A stretch of DNA of 64,000 nt from an uncultured Gemmatimonadaceae bacterium (lineage in GTDB: Bacteria; Gemmatimonadota; Gemmatimonadetes; Gemmatimonadales; Gemmatimonadaceae): assembly GCA_963761305.1 (NCBI GenBank), contig CAVXGK010000002.1:576001-640000 (forward strand). Reading direction: 5' to 3'. Below, one piece after another: positions 52,779 to 63,606 of the stretch; positions within the stretch are counted from its first letter, which is position 1, and each line of letters opens with the position of its first letter. A program made the translations under genes and the position numbers. The notes beneath the pieces are model-generated. The model ran no database searches. It was not told the DNA's origin and worked only from the letters and a program-made list of their open reading frames with translations.

Positions 52779-53696
52779 TTGACATCCGAGCTCGCGCGCC
52801 GCGTCGCGTTCGGGGTCGTCGCCGCGCCGATCGCGATCGCCATCGTTGTGTACGGCGGCGCGCCCCTGGCCGCGCTGTTGGCGATCACGTCGGCGATTGC
52901 CGCGTCGGAGTTCTATCGCATGGCGCGCGGGGCGGGACTCACGCCGCTGGACAACACGGGCATCGTGATCGCCGGGCTCGCACCGCTCGTCGTCCACGCC
53001 CGGTATTTGGGTCTCTACCAGCCCGACGCGTCGATCGGCGTCGCATCGCTCGTTTCGATCGTGTTGCTCGTCGTGGTCGCGCTGGCGATCTGGCTGCGCG
53101 GCGTCGCCGGGAATCCGATCGGCGCGGTGAGCGCGACCGTCTTCGGCGCCGCGTACACCGGTGGCATGCTGAGCTTCGCGTACGGCATCCGCTACCATGA
53201 GTACGCCTTTGCACCGGCGGCAGTGACGCTTGGCGGGTGGACCTTTCCGGTCGCGTCCGGCGGATTGCTGCTGCTGGTTCCTCTGCTGGCGACGTGGGCG
53301 TCGGACACCGGCGCTTACGCCGCGGGTCGCACGATGGGGAAGCACAAGCTCATTCCGTCGGTGAGCCCGGCGAAAACGATCGAAGGGGCGATCGGCGGTG
53401 TCCTCGCCAGCGTTCTTGTGTGTTGGGTGCTCGCGCGTTGGCTCCTCCGGCCGGCCACGCACCTCGACTTTCGCTGGCGGCCGTTCGGCGTCATCCTGTT
53501 CGGGGTGCTCGTGAGCGCGGCGGCGCAGGTCGGCGACCTGGCCGAATCGCTGTTCAAGCGCGACGCCGGTGTAAAGGACAGCTCGACCCTGATCCCCGGC
53601 CACGGCGGTGCGCTCGACCGCGTCGATAGTCTTCTATTTGTGCTCCCTGTTTCCTACGTCCTGTTCGGATGGCTCCTGACTTGGGCGCCGGCGTGA
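52779..53696 (+). CDS. cdsA: Phosphatidate cytidylyltransferase
   Basis: DTGAY, SPAKTIEG, GDLAESLFKR, KDS..IPGHGGALDRVDS. Confidence 0.97.
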   Translation: MTSELARRVAFGVVAAPIAIAIVVYGGAPLAALLAITSAIAASEFYRMARGAGLTPLDNTGIVIAGLAPLVVHARYLGLYQPDASIGVASLVSIVLLVVVALAIWLRGVAGNPIGAVSATVFGAAYTGGMLSFAYGIRYHEYAFAPAAVTLGGWTFPVASGGLLLLVPLLATWASDTGAYAAGRTMGKHKLIPSVSPAKTIEGAIGGVLASVLVCWVLARWLLRPATHLDFRWRPFGVILFGVLVSAAAQVGDLAESLFKRDAGVKDSSTLIPGHGGALDRVDSLLFVLPVSYVLFGWLLTWAPA

Positions 53697-54850
53697 CGGC
53701 GCCCTCGGGCCGCCCGCGCGGCGTCGCGATCCTTGGATCGACGGGATCGATCGGCACGACCGCGCTCCGCGTGCTGGATCGCCAGCGTGACCGCTTCCGT
53801 GTCGCCGCGCTGACGGCGTACGACAACGCGCAGCTCCTCGGCGAGCAGGCGGATCGGTATTCGCCCGCGTTCGTTGGGATCGTCGGCGCGCGGAATGGCA
53901 ACGGCGCGGCCCACCCCGGCTGGCACCTCGGCGAGACGTGCCTGGTCGAAGCCGTGCAGCGCGAAGACGTGGACATCGTCCTCAACGCGGTCGTCGGCGC
54001 CGCGGGGCTCGAGGCGACGCTGGCCGCGCTCGGCGCCGGCAAGCGGGTCGCGCTCGCGAACAAGGAAACGCTCGTCATGGGCGGATCCCTCGTGACCGAC
54101 GCCTGCAAGGCCGGCGGCGGCGAGATCGTCCCCGTCGACAGCGAGCACAGCGCGATTCTCCAGTGCATCACCGGGCGGCCGGGCGTCGACGTTCAGAGAA
54201 TCATCATCACCGCGTCGGGCGGACCGTTCCGCGGCTGGACCGATGAGCAGCTCGAGCGCGCCACGCTCGAGGACGCACTGCGACATCCGACGTGGCGCAT
54301 GGGACGCAAGATCACCGTCGACTGCGCCACGCTGGCCAACAAGGCGCTCGAGGTCATCGAGGCGCACTTCCTGTTCGGCCTGCCATACGACCGGATCGAG
54401 GTCGTCGTGCATCCGCAGAGCGTCGTCCACTCGATGGTGGAGTTCGTGGATGGCAGCGTGCTGGCTCAGCTTGGCGCGCCGAGCATGGAACTTCCGGTCT
54501 TGTATGCGCTCACGCACCCGGATCGTGTACCGGACGGTGGGGTACCACGATTCGACCCTGTCGCGTTGTCGCCGCTCACCTTCGAGCCGCTGTCCACCGA
54601 GCGGTTTCCGGCGTTCGCGCTGGGCGTCGCGGCGGGACGGCAGGGCGGGGTAGCCCCCGCGGTGTTCAACGCGGCCAACGAAGCGGCGGTGGCACTTTTC
54701 CTGTCGGGACGAATCCGATTCGCCGAGATTGGCTCGGCGATTTGCGACACTTTGGACTCGCTGAGCCACCTCGGCGGTGACGATCGCACAGCGATCTTGT
54801 CCGCCGACGCGGCCGCTCGCGCTCACGTGAAGGAACGGTTTGGATGCTAG
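53693..54850 (+). CDS. dxr: 1-deoxy-D-xylulose-5-phosphate reductoisomerase
   Basis: GSTGSIG, ANKE, PVDSEH, TASGGPF, HPTWRMG. Confidence 0.98.
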   Translation: MTAPSGRPRGVAILGSTGSIGTTALRVLDRQRDRFRVAALTAYDNAQLLGEQADRYSPAFVGIVGARNGNGAAHPGWHLGETCLVEAVQREDVDIVLNAVVGAAGLEATLAALGAGKRVALANKETLVMGGSLVTDACKAGGGEIVPVDSEHSAILQCITGRPGVDVQRIIITASGGPFRGWTDEQLERATLEDALRHPTWRMGRKITVDCATLANKALEVIEAHFLFGLPYDRIEVVVHPQSVVHSMVEFVDGSVLAQLGAPSMELPVLYALTHPDRVPDGGVPRFDPVALSPLTFEPLSTERFPAFALGVAAGRQGGVAPAVFNAANEAAVALFLSGRIRFAEIGSAICDTLDSLSHLGGDDRTAILSADAAARAHVKERFGC

Positions 54851-56289
54851 GACACATCGTTCAGGCGATTCTTGCTCCGGTGCTGGTCTTCGGACTCGTG
54901 ATCTTCGTTCACGAGTTCGGGCATTTCATCGCCGCGAAAGCGCTCGGTGTGTACGCGCCGCGATTTTCGATCGGCTTCGGACCAGCCATCTACCGCCGGC
55001 GACAGGGCGAGACGGAGTACGTCCTCGCGTGGCTGCCGCTCGGCGGCTACGTGCGCATGGCGTCGCGTCACGACGCGGAGGCGGCGTTCCTCGAGGGCGG
55101 CAACGAAGAAGCGAACGCGCGCAGCGAAGGCGAGGCGGGCTACGACCCGAACGCGATGATCCCGTTCGGGCCCAAGCCGGTGCCGGAGAATCGGTGGTTC
55201 GAGAGCAAGCCGCTGTGGGCGCGCGTGATCATCATGAGCGCCGGCGTGGCGATGAACGTGGTGCTCGCCCTCAGCGTTGCGACGTGGATGGCGTTTCACT
55301 ACGGCGTCGTCGTCACTCCGCCGTTCGTGGTCGGCGGCGTGCGCGCTCCCGCCTTCGCGCCGGCGCTGTTGCAACTGCAGTCGGGCGACTCGGTCCTCGC
55401 CGTGAACGGGCAGAGCGTGCGGAACTGGGAAGAGGTCGAGGATCGCGTAGCCGAATCCGCGCGGTCGATCGAGCTCACGACGCAACGCGGCCGATTCACC
55501 ATCCCGCTGCGCGACTCGACGACGCCGGTGACGGTGCTTCAGTCGTTGATCCCGTACATGCCGCCCGTGATCGACACCGTGTTTCCGAACGACCGGGCGA
55601 TGCAGGGCGGGCTCCGCGAAGGCGACTCCGTGATGAGCGTCGGTGGTTCGCCGGTGCGTTCGTGGAGCGACATCGTCGACCGCGTGTCGGCGTCTCCAGA
55701 GCACGCAGTGGACTTCGTGATTCGCCGAGCCTCGGCGATCGACACGCTCCACATCACGCCGAAGGCGGTCGCGGAGCTCGACTCGACGTCGTCGCGCACG
55801 CGGACGGTCGGCAAGATTGGAGCGGGCGCGAAGAGTCCAGCGTACCAGAAGTCGGTGAACCTCGCCGACGCGTTTCGGTGGGGGGCTCGACGGGCGAGAA
55901 CGGATGCGGGCCAGGTGTTCACCATCCTGCATCAGATCGGCGCCGGCGACCGCTCGGTTTCGGAGCTCGGCGGTCCGATCACGATCACGCGACAGGCCGT
56001 TCAAGCGGCGCGGCTCGGATTTTATTCGCTGTGCGAGCTGATCGTGCTGCTCAGCATCAACGTCGCGGTGCTCAACCTGCTGCCGATTCCGATTCTCGAC
56101 GGCGGACAGATTCTCATCAACGTGCTCGAATCGGCCAAGGGCAGTCCATTCAGCATGCGCACGCGGGAGTACATCCTGCGCTTTGGGCTTTTGGCGATCG
56201 CGCTGTTGTTCGTGATCGTGATGTACAACGATACGCGCGCGGGATTCGTGAGCCTCTTCGGGTGGCTGCAGCACGTGTTCGGCGCGTAG
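54844..56289 (+). CDS. rseP: RIP metalloprotease RseP
   Basis: HEFGH, PLGGYV, two PDZ domains, NLLPIPILDGG. Confidence 0.96.
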   Translation: MLGHIVQAILAPVLVFGLVIFVHEFGHFIAAKALGVYAPRFSIGFGPAIYRRRQGETEYVLAWLPLGGYVRMASRHDAEAAFLEGGNEEANARSEGEAGYDPNAMIPFGPKPVPENRWFESKPLWARVIIMSAGVAMNVVLALSVATWMAFHYGVVVTPPFVVGGVRAPAFAPALLQLQSGDSVLAVNGQSVRNWEEVEDRVAESARSIELTTQRGRFTIPLRDSTTPVTVLQSLIPYMPPVIDTVFPNDRAMQGGLREGDSVMSVGGSPVRSWSDIVDRVSASPEHAVDFVIRRASAIDTLHITPKAVAELDSTSSRTRTVGKIGAGAKSPAYQKSVNLADAFRWGARRARTDAGQVFTILHQIGAGDRSVSELGGPITITRQAVQAARLGFYSLCELIVLLSINVAVLNLLPIPILDGGQILINVLESAKGSPFSMRTREYILRFGLLAIALLFVIVMYNDTRAGFVSLFGWLQHVFGA

Positions 56290-56321
56290 GCGGCGACACG
56301 TAAGGCGTTGCGTGCGGCCCC

Positions 56322-56350
56322 TTTACAACGGGTACGCCGCTGTTTATTCT
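56322..56350 (+). promoter_or_regulatory. Sigma70 promoter of rpsO-pnp
   Basis: TTTACA-17bp-TATTCT. Confidence 0.7.
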
Positions 56351-56416
56351 TAAAAGCTGACAACGAGAAAAATCGAACGCCGCCAGGACGGCGGAGACAT
56401 CGGGACACACCAGCAC

Positions 56417-56677
56417 ATGGCTTTTGAAAAGGGTACGACGGTCCAGAAGTACCGGGCGCACGAAACCGACACTGGATCGACGCGCGTTCAGGTGGCGCTG
56501 CTCACCGAGCGCATCAATTATCTGACCGACCATTTCCGCGCGCACAAGAAGGATCACCACGGCCGTCGTGGGCTCCTCAAAATGGTAGGCAAGCGCCGCC
56601 GGCTGCTGAACTACCTGAAGCGCACGGATGTCGACGGATACCGACAGATCGTTCAAGAGCTCGGGCTCCGCTATTGA
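56417..56677 (+). CDS. rpsO: 30S ribosomal protein S15
   Basis: [27 protein letters not shown]. Confidence 0.98.
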   Translation: MAFEKGTTVQKYRAHETDTGSTRVQVALLTERINYLTDHFRAHKKDHHGRRGLLKMVGKRRRLLNYLKRTDVDGYRQIVQELGLRY

Positions 56678-56695
56678 TCAGCGGACGAGCGCGAC

Positions 56696-56731
56696 CGCGC
56701 GGGCGCACAATCGGTGCGACCCGCGCGTTTT
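56696..56731 (+). terminator. Terminator-like hairpin between rpsO and pnp
   Basis: CGCGCGGGCGCAC / GTGCGACCCGCGCG followed by TTTT. Confidence 0.65.
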
Positions 56732-56777
56732 GTCATTTCCACAAGGCTGATCTCAGCCACCTTCAGGCACACGAGCA

Positions 56778-59006
56778 ATGATGCATCGCGTAGAAAAGAC
56801 GTTCGCCGGACGCCGTCTGGTCCTCGAGACCGGACGCATGGCCAAGCAGGCCGCCGGTTCCGCCCTCATCCAGTTCGGCGACACGATGGTGCTGGCCGCC
56901 GTTACGGTGAGCGACACCCAGAGCCCGCTCGACTTCTTCCCGCTGCTCGTCGAGTACCGCGAGAAGACCTACGCCGCCGGCAAGATCCCGGGCGGCTACA
57001 TCAAGCGCGAAGGGCGGCCCAGTGACTTCGAGATCCTCTCGGCGCGCATCATCGACCGCACGATTCGCCCGCTCTTCCCCGAGGGCTTCAAGAACGAAGT
57101 CCAGGTCTTCATCTACGTGATCTCGGCCGATCAGGAAAACGCGCCCGACGTGCTGGCGCTCGTCGCCGCATCGGCCGCGCTCAACGCGTCGAAGATTCCG
57201 TTCACGACGCCGGTGGCCGCGACGCGCATCGGCCGCGTGCAGGACAAGTGGGTCCTCAACCCCACGTTCGAGCAGCTCGCCTATAGCGACATGGAGCTCG
57301 TCGTCGCCGGCTCGGCCGACTCGATCAACATGGTCGAAGGCGGCGCGCTCGAAGTGAGCGAAGAGGACGTCGTCGAAGCGTTCACCGTGGCGCAGAAGGG
57401 AATTCGCGAGCTGATCGCCGCGCAGCAGGAGCTGCTGTCGCAGCTGGGCGCCGAGCGTCCGGCCAAGATGGAGTGGACGAAGGCCGCGATCGATCACACG
57501 CTCCACGCCAAGGTGCAGGATCTCGCCAACGGCAAGATCAAGGATGCGCTCAACCACAAGGACAAGCACGGGCGCATCGCCGCCGTCGAGCGCGTGAAGC
57601 ACGAGATCCAGACGCAGTTGCTCGTCGACTTCCCCGACAACAGCAAGGACATCAAGTCGCTGCTCGGCGACGTCGAGTACAACCAGCTTCGCTCGCAGGT
57701 GCTCGAGTCCGGATTCCGCGTCGACGGACGCAAGGCGGACGAGGTTCGCCCGATCACGATCGACACCAGCGTCATTCCGCGCGCGCACGGCTCGGCGCTC
57801 TTCACGCGCGGGCAGACGCAGGCGCTCGTGGCGGCGACGCTCGGCACGGCCAACGACGTCCAGCGCTACGAAACGGTGAACGAGTCGGGAGAATCCACCA
57901 AGTCGTTCATGCTGCACTACAACTTCCCGCCGTTCTCCACCGGTGAAGTGCGTCCGATGCGCGGCACGTCGCGCCGCGAGATCGGCCACGGCAATCTGGC
58001 CGAGCGCGCGCTCCAGGGTGTGCTGCCGGCGTTCGACGAGTTCCCGTACACGATCCGCGTCGTCTCCGACGTGCTCGAGTCCAACGGCTCGTCGTCGATG
58101 GCGTCGGTGTGCGGTGGTTCGCTCGCGCTGTTCGACGCCGGCGTGCCGATTCGCTCCGCCGTCGCCGGCGTGGCGATGGGTCTCATCAAGGAAGGGAAGA
58201 AGTACGCGATCCTCACCGACATTCTCGGCACCGAGGATCACCTCGGCGACATGGACTTCAAGGTCGCCGGAACGAGGACGGGCATCACCTCGATCCAGAT
58301 GGACATCAAGATCGAAGGCCTCGATCTGAACATCATGAAGGAGGCGCTCGCGCAGGCGAAAGAAGGCCGCCTCCACATTCTCGGCGAGATGGACAAGGCG
58401 CTCACCGCGCCGCGCGCGGACCTCTCGGCGTTCGCGCCGCGCATCGTGACGATGATGATCAGCCCGGAGAAGATCGGCGATCTGATCGGACCGAAGGGCA
58501 AGACGATCCGCGGCATTCAGGACGAGACGGGCGCCGAGCTGACGGTCGACGACACTGGTCTGGTCACCATCGCGGCCGTCGGCGGCGACTCGATGGAACG
58601 CGCGCGCCAGATGGTGCAAGCGCTCACCGCCGAGCCGGTCGTCGGCGAGACGTACGAGGGTATGGTCAAGACGACGACGCCGTTCGGCGCATTCGTCGAG
58701 ATCATGCCGGGCACCGAGGGCCTCGTCCACATCTCCGAAATGCGCCACGAGCGCACGGAGAAGACCGAGGACGTCGTCAAGAAAGGCGATCGCGTGAAGG
58801 TCAAGCTGATCGACCGCGACGAGCGCGGACGACTGCGCCTGTCGATGAAGGCGCTGCTGCCGCGGCCGGAAGGCATGCCGGAGCCGGAGCCGGGGAACGG
58901 TGGTGGCGATGGCGGCCGCCGCGAAGGTGGAAGTGGGGGCGGCGGCGATCGTGGCGGGCGTCCGCGCCGCGGAGCGCGGGGCGGAGAGCGATCCCGCCGG
59001 GAGTGA
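56778..59006 (+). CDS. pnp: Polyribonucleotide nucleotidyltransferase
   Basis: Two RNase PH domains (DFFPL, RREIGHG, ESNGSSS, GDMDFKVAG), KH and S1. Confidence 0.98.
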   Translation: MMHRVEKTFAGRRLVLETGRMAKQAAGSALIQFGDTMVLAAVTVSDTQSPLDFFPLLVEYREKTYAAGKIPGGYIKREGRPSDFEILSARIIDRTIRPLFPEGFKNEVQVFIYVISADQENAPDVLALVAASAALNASKIPFTTPVAATRIGRVQDKWVLNPTFEQLAYSDMELVVAGSADSINMVEGGALEVSEEDVVEAFTVAQKGIRELIAAQQELLSQLGAERPAKMEWTKAAIDHTLHAKVQDLANGKIKDALNHKDKHGRIAAVERVKHEIQTQLLVDFPDNSKDIKSLLGDVEYNQLRSQVLESGFRVDGRKADEVRPITIDTSVIPRAHGSALFTRGQTQALVAATLGTANDVQRYETVNESGESTKSFMLHYNFPPFSTGEVRPMRGTSRREIGHGNLAERALQGVLPAFDEFPYTIRVVSDVLESNGSSSMASVCGGSLALFDAGVPIRSAVAGVAMGLIKEGKKYAILTDILGTEDHLGDMDFKVAGTRTGITSIQMDIKIEGLDLNIMKEALAQAKEGRLHILGEMDKALTAPRADLSAFAPRIVTMMISPEKIGDLIGPKGKTIRGIQDETGAELTVDDTGLVTIAAVGGDSMERARQMVQALTAEPVVGETYEGMVKTTTPFGAFVEIMPGTEGLVHISEMRHERTEKTEDVVKKGDRVKVKLIDRDERGRLRLSMKALLPRPEGMPEPEPGNGGGDGGRREGGSGGGGDRGGRPRRGARGGERSRRE

Positions 59007-60280
59007 GCGCTCCGACGGTGAGCGCCCCCGCGTCGCCCGACGGGTTGCATCGCACCGTTCTTCCCAATGGACTGACCGTACTCTCGGACTACATGCCGGG
59101 AGTGCGGTCTGTCGCGTTCGGCGCCTGGGTGCGCGCCGCGTCGCTCCACGAACCGCGGGAGCGCATGGGCATTTCGCACCTGCTCGAGCACATGGTGTTC
59201 AAGGGCACGGAACGCCGCAACGCGCACGAGATCGCACTGTCGCTGGAAGCGCTCGGCGGGTCGCTCGACGCGTACACGTCGCGCGAACACACCGTGTATC
59301 AGGGCCGAGTGCTCGACGAGCACCTGGCCGACGCGGCGGACGTGATCGGCGACATTGTATTCCGGCCCGCGCTGCGCGCGGCCGATCTGGCGCTCGAGCG
59401 CAAGGTGATCCTCGAAGAGATCGGCATGGTCGAGGACACGCCCGACGATCTCGTATTCGAGATTCATAACGAGGCGCTGTGGGGGCCGCACCCGTACGGC
59501 TACTCGATTCTCGGCACGCGCGACACGGTCAACGCGCTCGGCGTGCCCGAGCTGCGCGACCTCCATGCGCGGGCATACCACCCCGCGCACGTCGTGATCG
59601 CCGCCGCGGGCAACGTCGAGCACGATCGGCTGCTCGACGTGCTCGCGCGCACCGGCTGGACGGACGCTCCCGTCGGGGATACGACGCCGCTCGTCTCGCC
59701 GCCGCCGACCGCGGCGGCGCCGAGCACGCGTCACGTTCCACGCGACGGCGCGCAGACGCACATCGTCGCCGGGTGCGCGGCTCTTTCGCACTCCGATCCC
59801 GAGCGCTTTCCGTTCTTGCTCCTCAGCACACTGCTCGGCGGCGGGATGAGTTCGCGCCTCTTCCAGCGCGTGCGCGAAGAGATGGGGCTCGCCTACGCCA
59901 TCTATTCGTTTCAGTCGTTCCACGCCGACAGCGGGATGCACGGCGTGTACGTCGCCACCGCGCCGGAGTCGGCCGGCGACGCGCTCGACGCCATTCGCCA
60001 CGAACTGCAGTTGGTCGTCGACGACGGACTGCCGGCCGACGAAGTCGCGATGGGCCGCCAGCAGCTCAAGGGGCAGGTCACGCTCTCGCTGGAGAGCGTG
60101 TCGTCGCGGATGTACCGCGCGGCGTCGGTCGAGTTGTACGACGAGCCATACCGCACGCTCGACGAGGTCCTGGCGCTGATCGACGTCATCACGGTGGACG
60201 ACGTGGCCCGCGTGGCGCGTGCCTACTTCGACCCGTCGCGCATGACGGTCGTCAGTCTCGGCCCAAAAGGGACCGATTGA
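59003..60280 (+). CDS. M16-family zinc peptidase
   Basis: HLLEHMVFKGT inverted zinc motif, GGGMSSRLFQ; typical position after pnp. Confidence 0.95.
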   Translation: MSAPTVSAPASPDGLHRTVLPNGLTVLSDYMPGVRSVAFGAWVRAASLHEPRERMGISHLLEHMVFKGTERRNAHEIALSLEALGGSLDAYTSREHTVYQGRVLDEHLADAADVIGDIVFRPALRAADLALERKVILEEIGMVEDTPDDLVFEIHNEALWGPHPYGYSILGTRDTVNALGVPELRDLHARAYHPAHVVIAAAGNVEHDRLLDVLARTGWTDAPVGDTTPLVSPPPTAAAPSTRHVPRDGAQTHIVAGCAALSHSDPERFPFLLLSTLLGGGMSSRLFQRVREEMGLAYAIYSFQSFHADSGMHGVYVATAPESAGDALDAIRHELQLVVDDGLPADEVAMGRQQLKGQVTLSLESVSSRMYRAASVELYDEPYRTLDEVLALIDVITVDDVARVARAYFDPSRMTVVSLGPKGTD

Positions 60281-60344
60281 CGGCGAGAGGTCGATTAGGT
60301 TACTCGCAACGCCGTAGCCACCAGCTTCCACTCCCCACCTGACG

Positions 60345-61460
60345 ATGAAGATCGGCGTTCCAAAAGAGATCAAGACCAACGAGAACCGGATCGCGCTCGT
60401 CCCGGCGGGAGCCGAGGCGCTCGTGGCGGCCGGCCATTCGGTCTCGATCGAGACCAGCGGGGGCGTCGGCAGCGGATTCCCGGACGAGGCGTACACGGCC
60501 GTCGGAGCGTCGATAGCCCCTGACGCCGCGACCGTGTGGCGCGACAGCGAGATGATCATGAAGGTGAAGGAGCCCATCGAGCGCGAATGGCCGCACATGC
60601 GCCGGGGACAGCTCATCTTCACCTACTTCCATTTTGCCGCCGACGAGAAGCTGACCCGGGCGCACATCGCCAGCGGGGCAACCTGCGTCGCCTACGAGAC
60701 GGTGGAGCTCCCGTCCCACGAGCTCCCGCTCCTGACCCCCATGTCCGAGGTGGCCGGCCGGATGGCCGTCCAGGAGGGGGCGAAATATTTGGAGAAACTC
60801 TATGGCGGCCGAGGAGTCCTTCTCGGTGGAGTCCCGGGGGTCGCTCCGGCCAAGGTGGTGATCTTGGGCGGCGGGGTCGTCGGGATCAACGCGGCGAAGA
60901 TGGCCGCCGGGTTGGGCGCGAAAGTGACGATACTAGACCTGTCGCTCGAGCGTCTTCGTTACCTATCCGACGTCATGCCCGCCAACTGCGTAATGATCCA
61001 CTCGAACCGGCAGAACATCCTGGAGCAGATCGAGACGGCGGATCTCGTTGTCGGGGGCGTCCTCATTCCGGGCGCCAAGGCGCCGAAGCTCATTCGGCGC
61101 GACGACCTCAAGCGCATGCAGCCTGGGGCGGTGATCGTCGACGTCGCCATCGACCAAGGCGGCTGCGTCGAGACCATCCACGCCACCACGCACGAAAACC
61201 CCACCTACGTCGTCGACGGCATCATCCACTACGGCGTGGCCAACATGCCGGGTGGAGTTCCTCGCACGTCGACGCTCGCGCTGACGAACGCCACACTGCC
61301 GTACGCCGTCCAGCTCGCCAACAAGGGCTGGAAACAGGCGCTCAAGGACAACTCGGCGCTGCTCAAAGGGCTCAACATGACGGATGGTCACGTCACGTAT
61401 CCCGGCGTTGCCGAAGCGTTTGGCATGACCTACGAAAATCCTTCCGCTTTCATTTCCTAA
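60345..61460 (+). CDS. ald: Alanine dehydrogenase
   Basis: GVPKEIK, KVKEP, PMSEVAG, AIDQGG, VANMPG. Confidence 0.97.
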   Translation: MKIGVPKEIKTNENRIALVPAGAEALVAAGHSVSIETSGGVGSGFPDEAYTAVGASIAPDAATVWRDSEMIMKVKEPIEREWPHMRRGQLIFTYFHFAADEKLTRAHIASGATCVAYETVELPSHELPLLTPMSEVAGRMAVQEGAKYLEKLYGGRGVLLGGVPGVAPAKVVILGGGVVGINAAKMAAGLGAKVTILDLSLERLRYLSDVMPANCVMIHSNRQNILEQIETADLVVGGVLIPGAKAPKLIRRDDLKRMQPGAVIVDVAIDQGGCVETIHATTHENPTYVVDGIIHYGVANMPGGVPRTSTLALTNATLPYAVQLANKGWKQALKDNSALLKGLNMTDGHVTYPGVAEAFGMTYENPSAFIS

Positions 61461-61488
61461 GTACTGACGCCTCCATAACCTGAAGGGA

Positions 61489-62526
61489 ATGCGCTGGCCT
61501 TTCCTCAAAGCGGGCTCACTCTTTCCCGCTAACGCGATCGGGGTCGACCTCGGGACTGCCAATACCCTCATCTATGTGAAGGGTGAAGGCATCGTTCTGA
61601 ACGAACCATCCGTCGTCGCCATCGACCGCGAAACCAAGAAGATCAAGGGCGTCGGCCTCGAGGCGAAGCGGATGCTCGGGCGAACCCCGGACGGGGTGAT
61701 CGCCGTCCGTCCCATGAAGGACGGTGTCATTGCCGACTTCGACGTGACGGAGAAGATGTTGCGGTACTTCCTGACGCTCATCATCGAGAACCACGTCTTC
61801 AAGGTGAAGCCGCGCGTGATCGTTTGCGTGCCGTCGGGTATCACCGAGGTGGAGAAGCGCGCCGTGCGCGACTCGGCCCTCGGGGCCGGCGCCAAGGAAG
61901 TGTTCATGGTCGCCGAGCCGATGGCGGCCGCGATCGGCGTGGGCCTGCCGGTGGAGACGCCGACGGGCAACATGGTGATCGACATCGGCGGCGGCACGAC
62001 GGAAATCGCCGTCATCGCGCTGTCGGGCATCGTGAGCGACACGTCGATCCGCACCGGCGGCGACGAGCTCGACATCTCGATCGTGCAGTTCATGCGCAAG
62101 AACTACAACCTGCTCATCGGTGAACCCACCGCCGAGCAGATCAAGATACAGATCGGCTCGGCGGCGCCGGTGGGCGACGACCGGGAGATGGAAGTGAAGG
62201 GACGCGACCTCGTGTCGGGCATTCCCAAGACGGTGCGCGTGCACGCCAGCGAGATCCGCGAAGCGATTCAGGAGCCGATTCAGCAGATCGTCGACGCCGT
62301 GCGCCGCGCCCTCGAGATCACGCCGCCCGAGTTGGCGAGCGACATCGTCGATCGCGGCATCGTCATGACGGGCGGCGGCGCCCTGATTCGCGGACTCGAT
62401 TTGCTGCTGAGCCAGGAAACGAGCCTGCCGATTCACGTCGACGAAGATCCGCTGACGTGTGTCGTACGAGGGACGGGTCGCATTCTCGACGACGAGGAAA
62501 AGTACTGGTCGGTCCTCAGCGCGTGA
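61489..62526 (+). CDS. mreB: Rod shape-determining actin homologue
   Basis: DLGTANT, NEPSVVA, DIGGGTT, TGGGAL. Confidence 0.98.
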   Translation: MRWPFLKAGSLFPANAIGVDLGTANTLIYVKGEGIVLNEPSVVAIDRETKKIKGVGLEAKRMLGRTPDGVIAVRPMKDGVIADFDVTEKMLRYFLTLIIENHVFKVKPRVIVCVPSGITEVEKRAVRDSALGAGAKEVFMVAEPMAAAIGVGLPVETPTGNMVIDIGGGTTEIAVIALSGIVSDTSIRTGGDELDISIVQFMRKNYNLLIGEPTAEQIKIQIGSAAPVGDDREMEVKGRDLVSGIPKTVRVHASEIREAIQEPIQQIVDAVRRALEITPPELASDIVDRGIVMTGGGALIRGLDLLLSQETSLPIHVDEDPLTCVVRGTGRILDDEEKYWSVLSA

Positions 62527-62543
62527 GGTAGCGGGGCACACCG

Positions 62544-63605
62544 GTGGCACACACTGCACGAAGCGGCAATCGCATCGACGCCGGTCTTCTGATCGCGTGC
62601 GTCGCCCTGTCGCTCATCGCGATCGTGTTGCGGGACGACGAGCGCGAGCCCATCGCCAGCGCGCTTCGCCGTACGATCGTCGCGCCGCTCGTCGGGCTGC
62701 AGCGGGGAGCCGAACGCTGGCGCGTCGCCTACGTCACGAACGATCAGCGCGAGATGGAGGTTGATTCGGTCGTGATGCGCGTGATGAACGCGCAGGCGCT
62801 CCAGGCCGAAAACGACCAACTGCGACGCATTCTCGGGCTCGGGTCGCGCCTCGAGTGGGGCTTCATCCCCGCCGACGCGCTCCGCGGAACGGCTCCGGCC
62901 GAAGCGATCGTCACCACGCTCACGCTCACGGCGGGAAGCACGTCCGGGGTCACGCGGTACAGCCCGGTCGTCGCACCTGAAGGGTTGGTCGGTACGATTC
63001 AGACCGCCGACCCGACGATGAGCATCGCGATTCTCTACACGAACGCCGACTTCCGCGCCAGCGCGATGGCCGTGGACGGGACGACGTTCGGCATCATCTA
63101 CCCGCACGCGCAGCGCGGCAGCGGCGGCGACGCCTACATGCTCGAGCTCCGTGGCGTGCCGACGAAGGTCCAGCTCAAGGCCGGCACGCCGATCTTCACG
63201 TCGGGACTCGGCGGGACGTTCCCGCGCGGCATCGCGATCGGGACGATCGTCGCCGAGCTCAAGACGTCGGAGGTCTGGACGCGCACGTATCTCGTGCGGC
63301 CGGCGGTGACTCCGTCGCAGGTGACGACGGTGCTCATTCTCACGCCGAAGCGCATCTCGCAGGGGACGGGAAACATCTGGGGTGCGGCGGCCGCGATGAA
63401 CGCCGACTCGGCCGCCAAACGCATCGCCGGTGCGGGCGACTCGCTGGCCAAGCGCGCCGCCGCGGCCGACGCTCGCAATCGCGCGACGGCCATCGACTCG
63501 CTGCGCCAAGCCGCCGTCGACTCGACGCTCCGGTCACTCGGCATGTCCGTGCCACCACGAACGCGGCGCGACTCGGCGCGCGCCGACAGCATCAGGCGTC
63601 CGTGA
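62544..63605 (+). CDS. mreC: Rod shape-determining protein MreC
   Basis: TM helix, ENDQLRRIL coiled coil, GLVG, TSGLGGTFPRG. Confidence 0.95.
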   Translation: MAHTARSGNRIDAGLLIACVALSLIAIVLRDDEREPIASALRRTIVAPLVGLQRGAERWRVAYVTNDQREMEVDSVVMRVMNAQALQAENDQLRRILGLGSRLEWGFIPADALRGTAPAEAIVTTLTLTAGSTSGVTRYSPVVAPEGLVGTIQTADPTMSIAILYTNADFRASAMAVDGTTFGIIYPHAQRGSGGDAYMLELRGVPTKVQLKAGTPIFTSGLGGTFPRGIAIGTIVAELKTSEVWTRTYLVRPAVTPSQVTTVLILTPKRISQGTGNIWGAAAAMNADSAAKRIAGAGDSLAKRAAAADARNRATAIDSLRQAAVDSTLRSLGMSVPPRTRRDSARADSIRRP

Positions 63606-63606
63606 C

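Noticed and set aside
56763..60622. Long antisense ORFs (661 and 701 aa), and similar ones opposite pccB, accC, ADOP and rseP
   Set aside because: Typical stop-poor shadow frames of high-GC genes, with no protein-family motifs.
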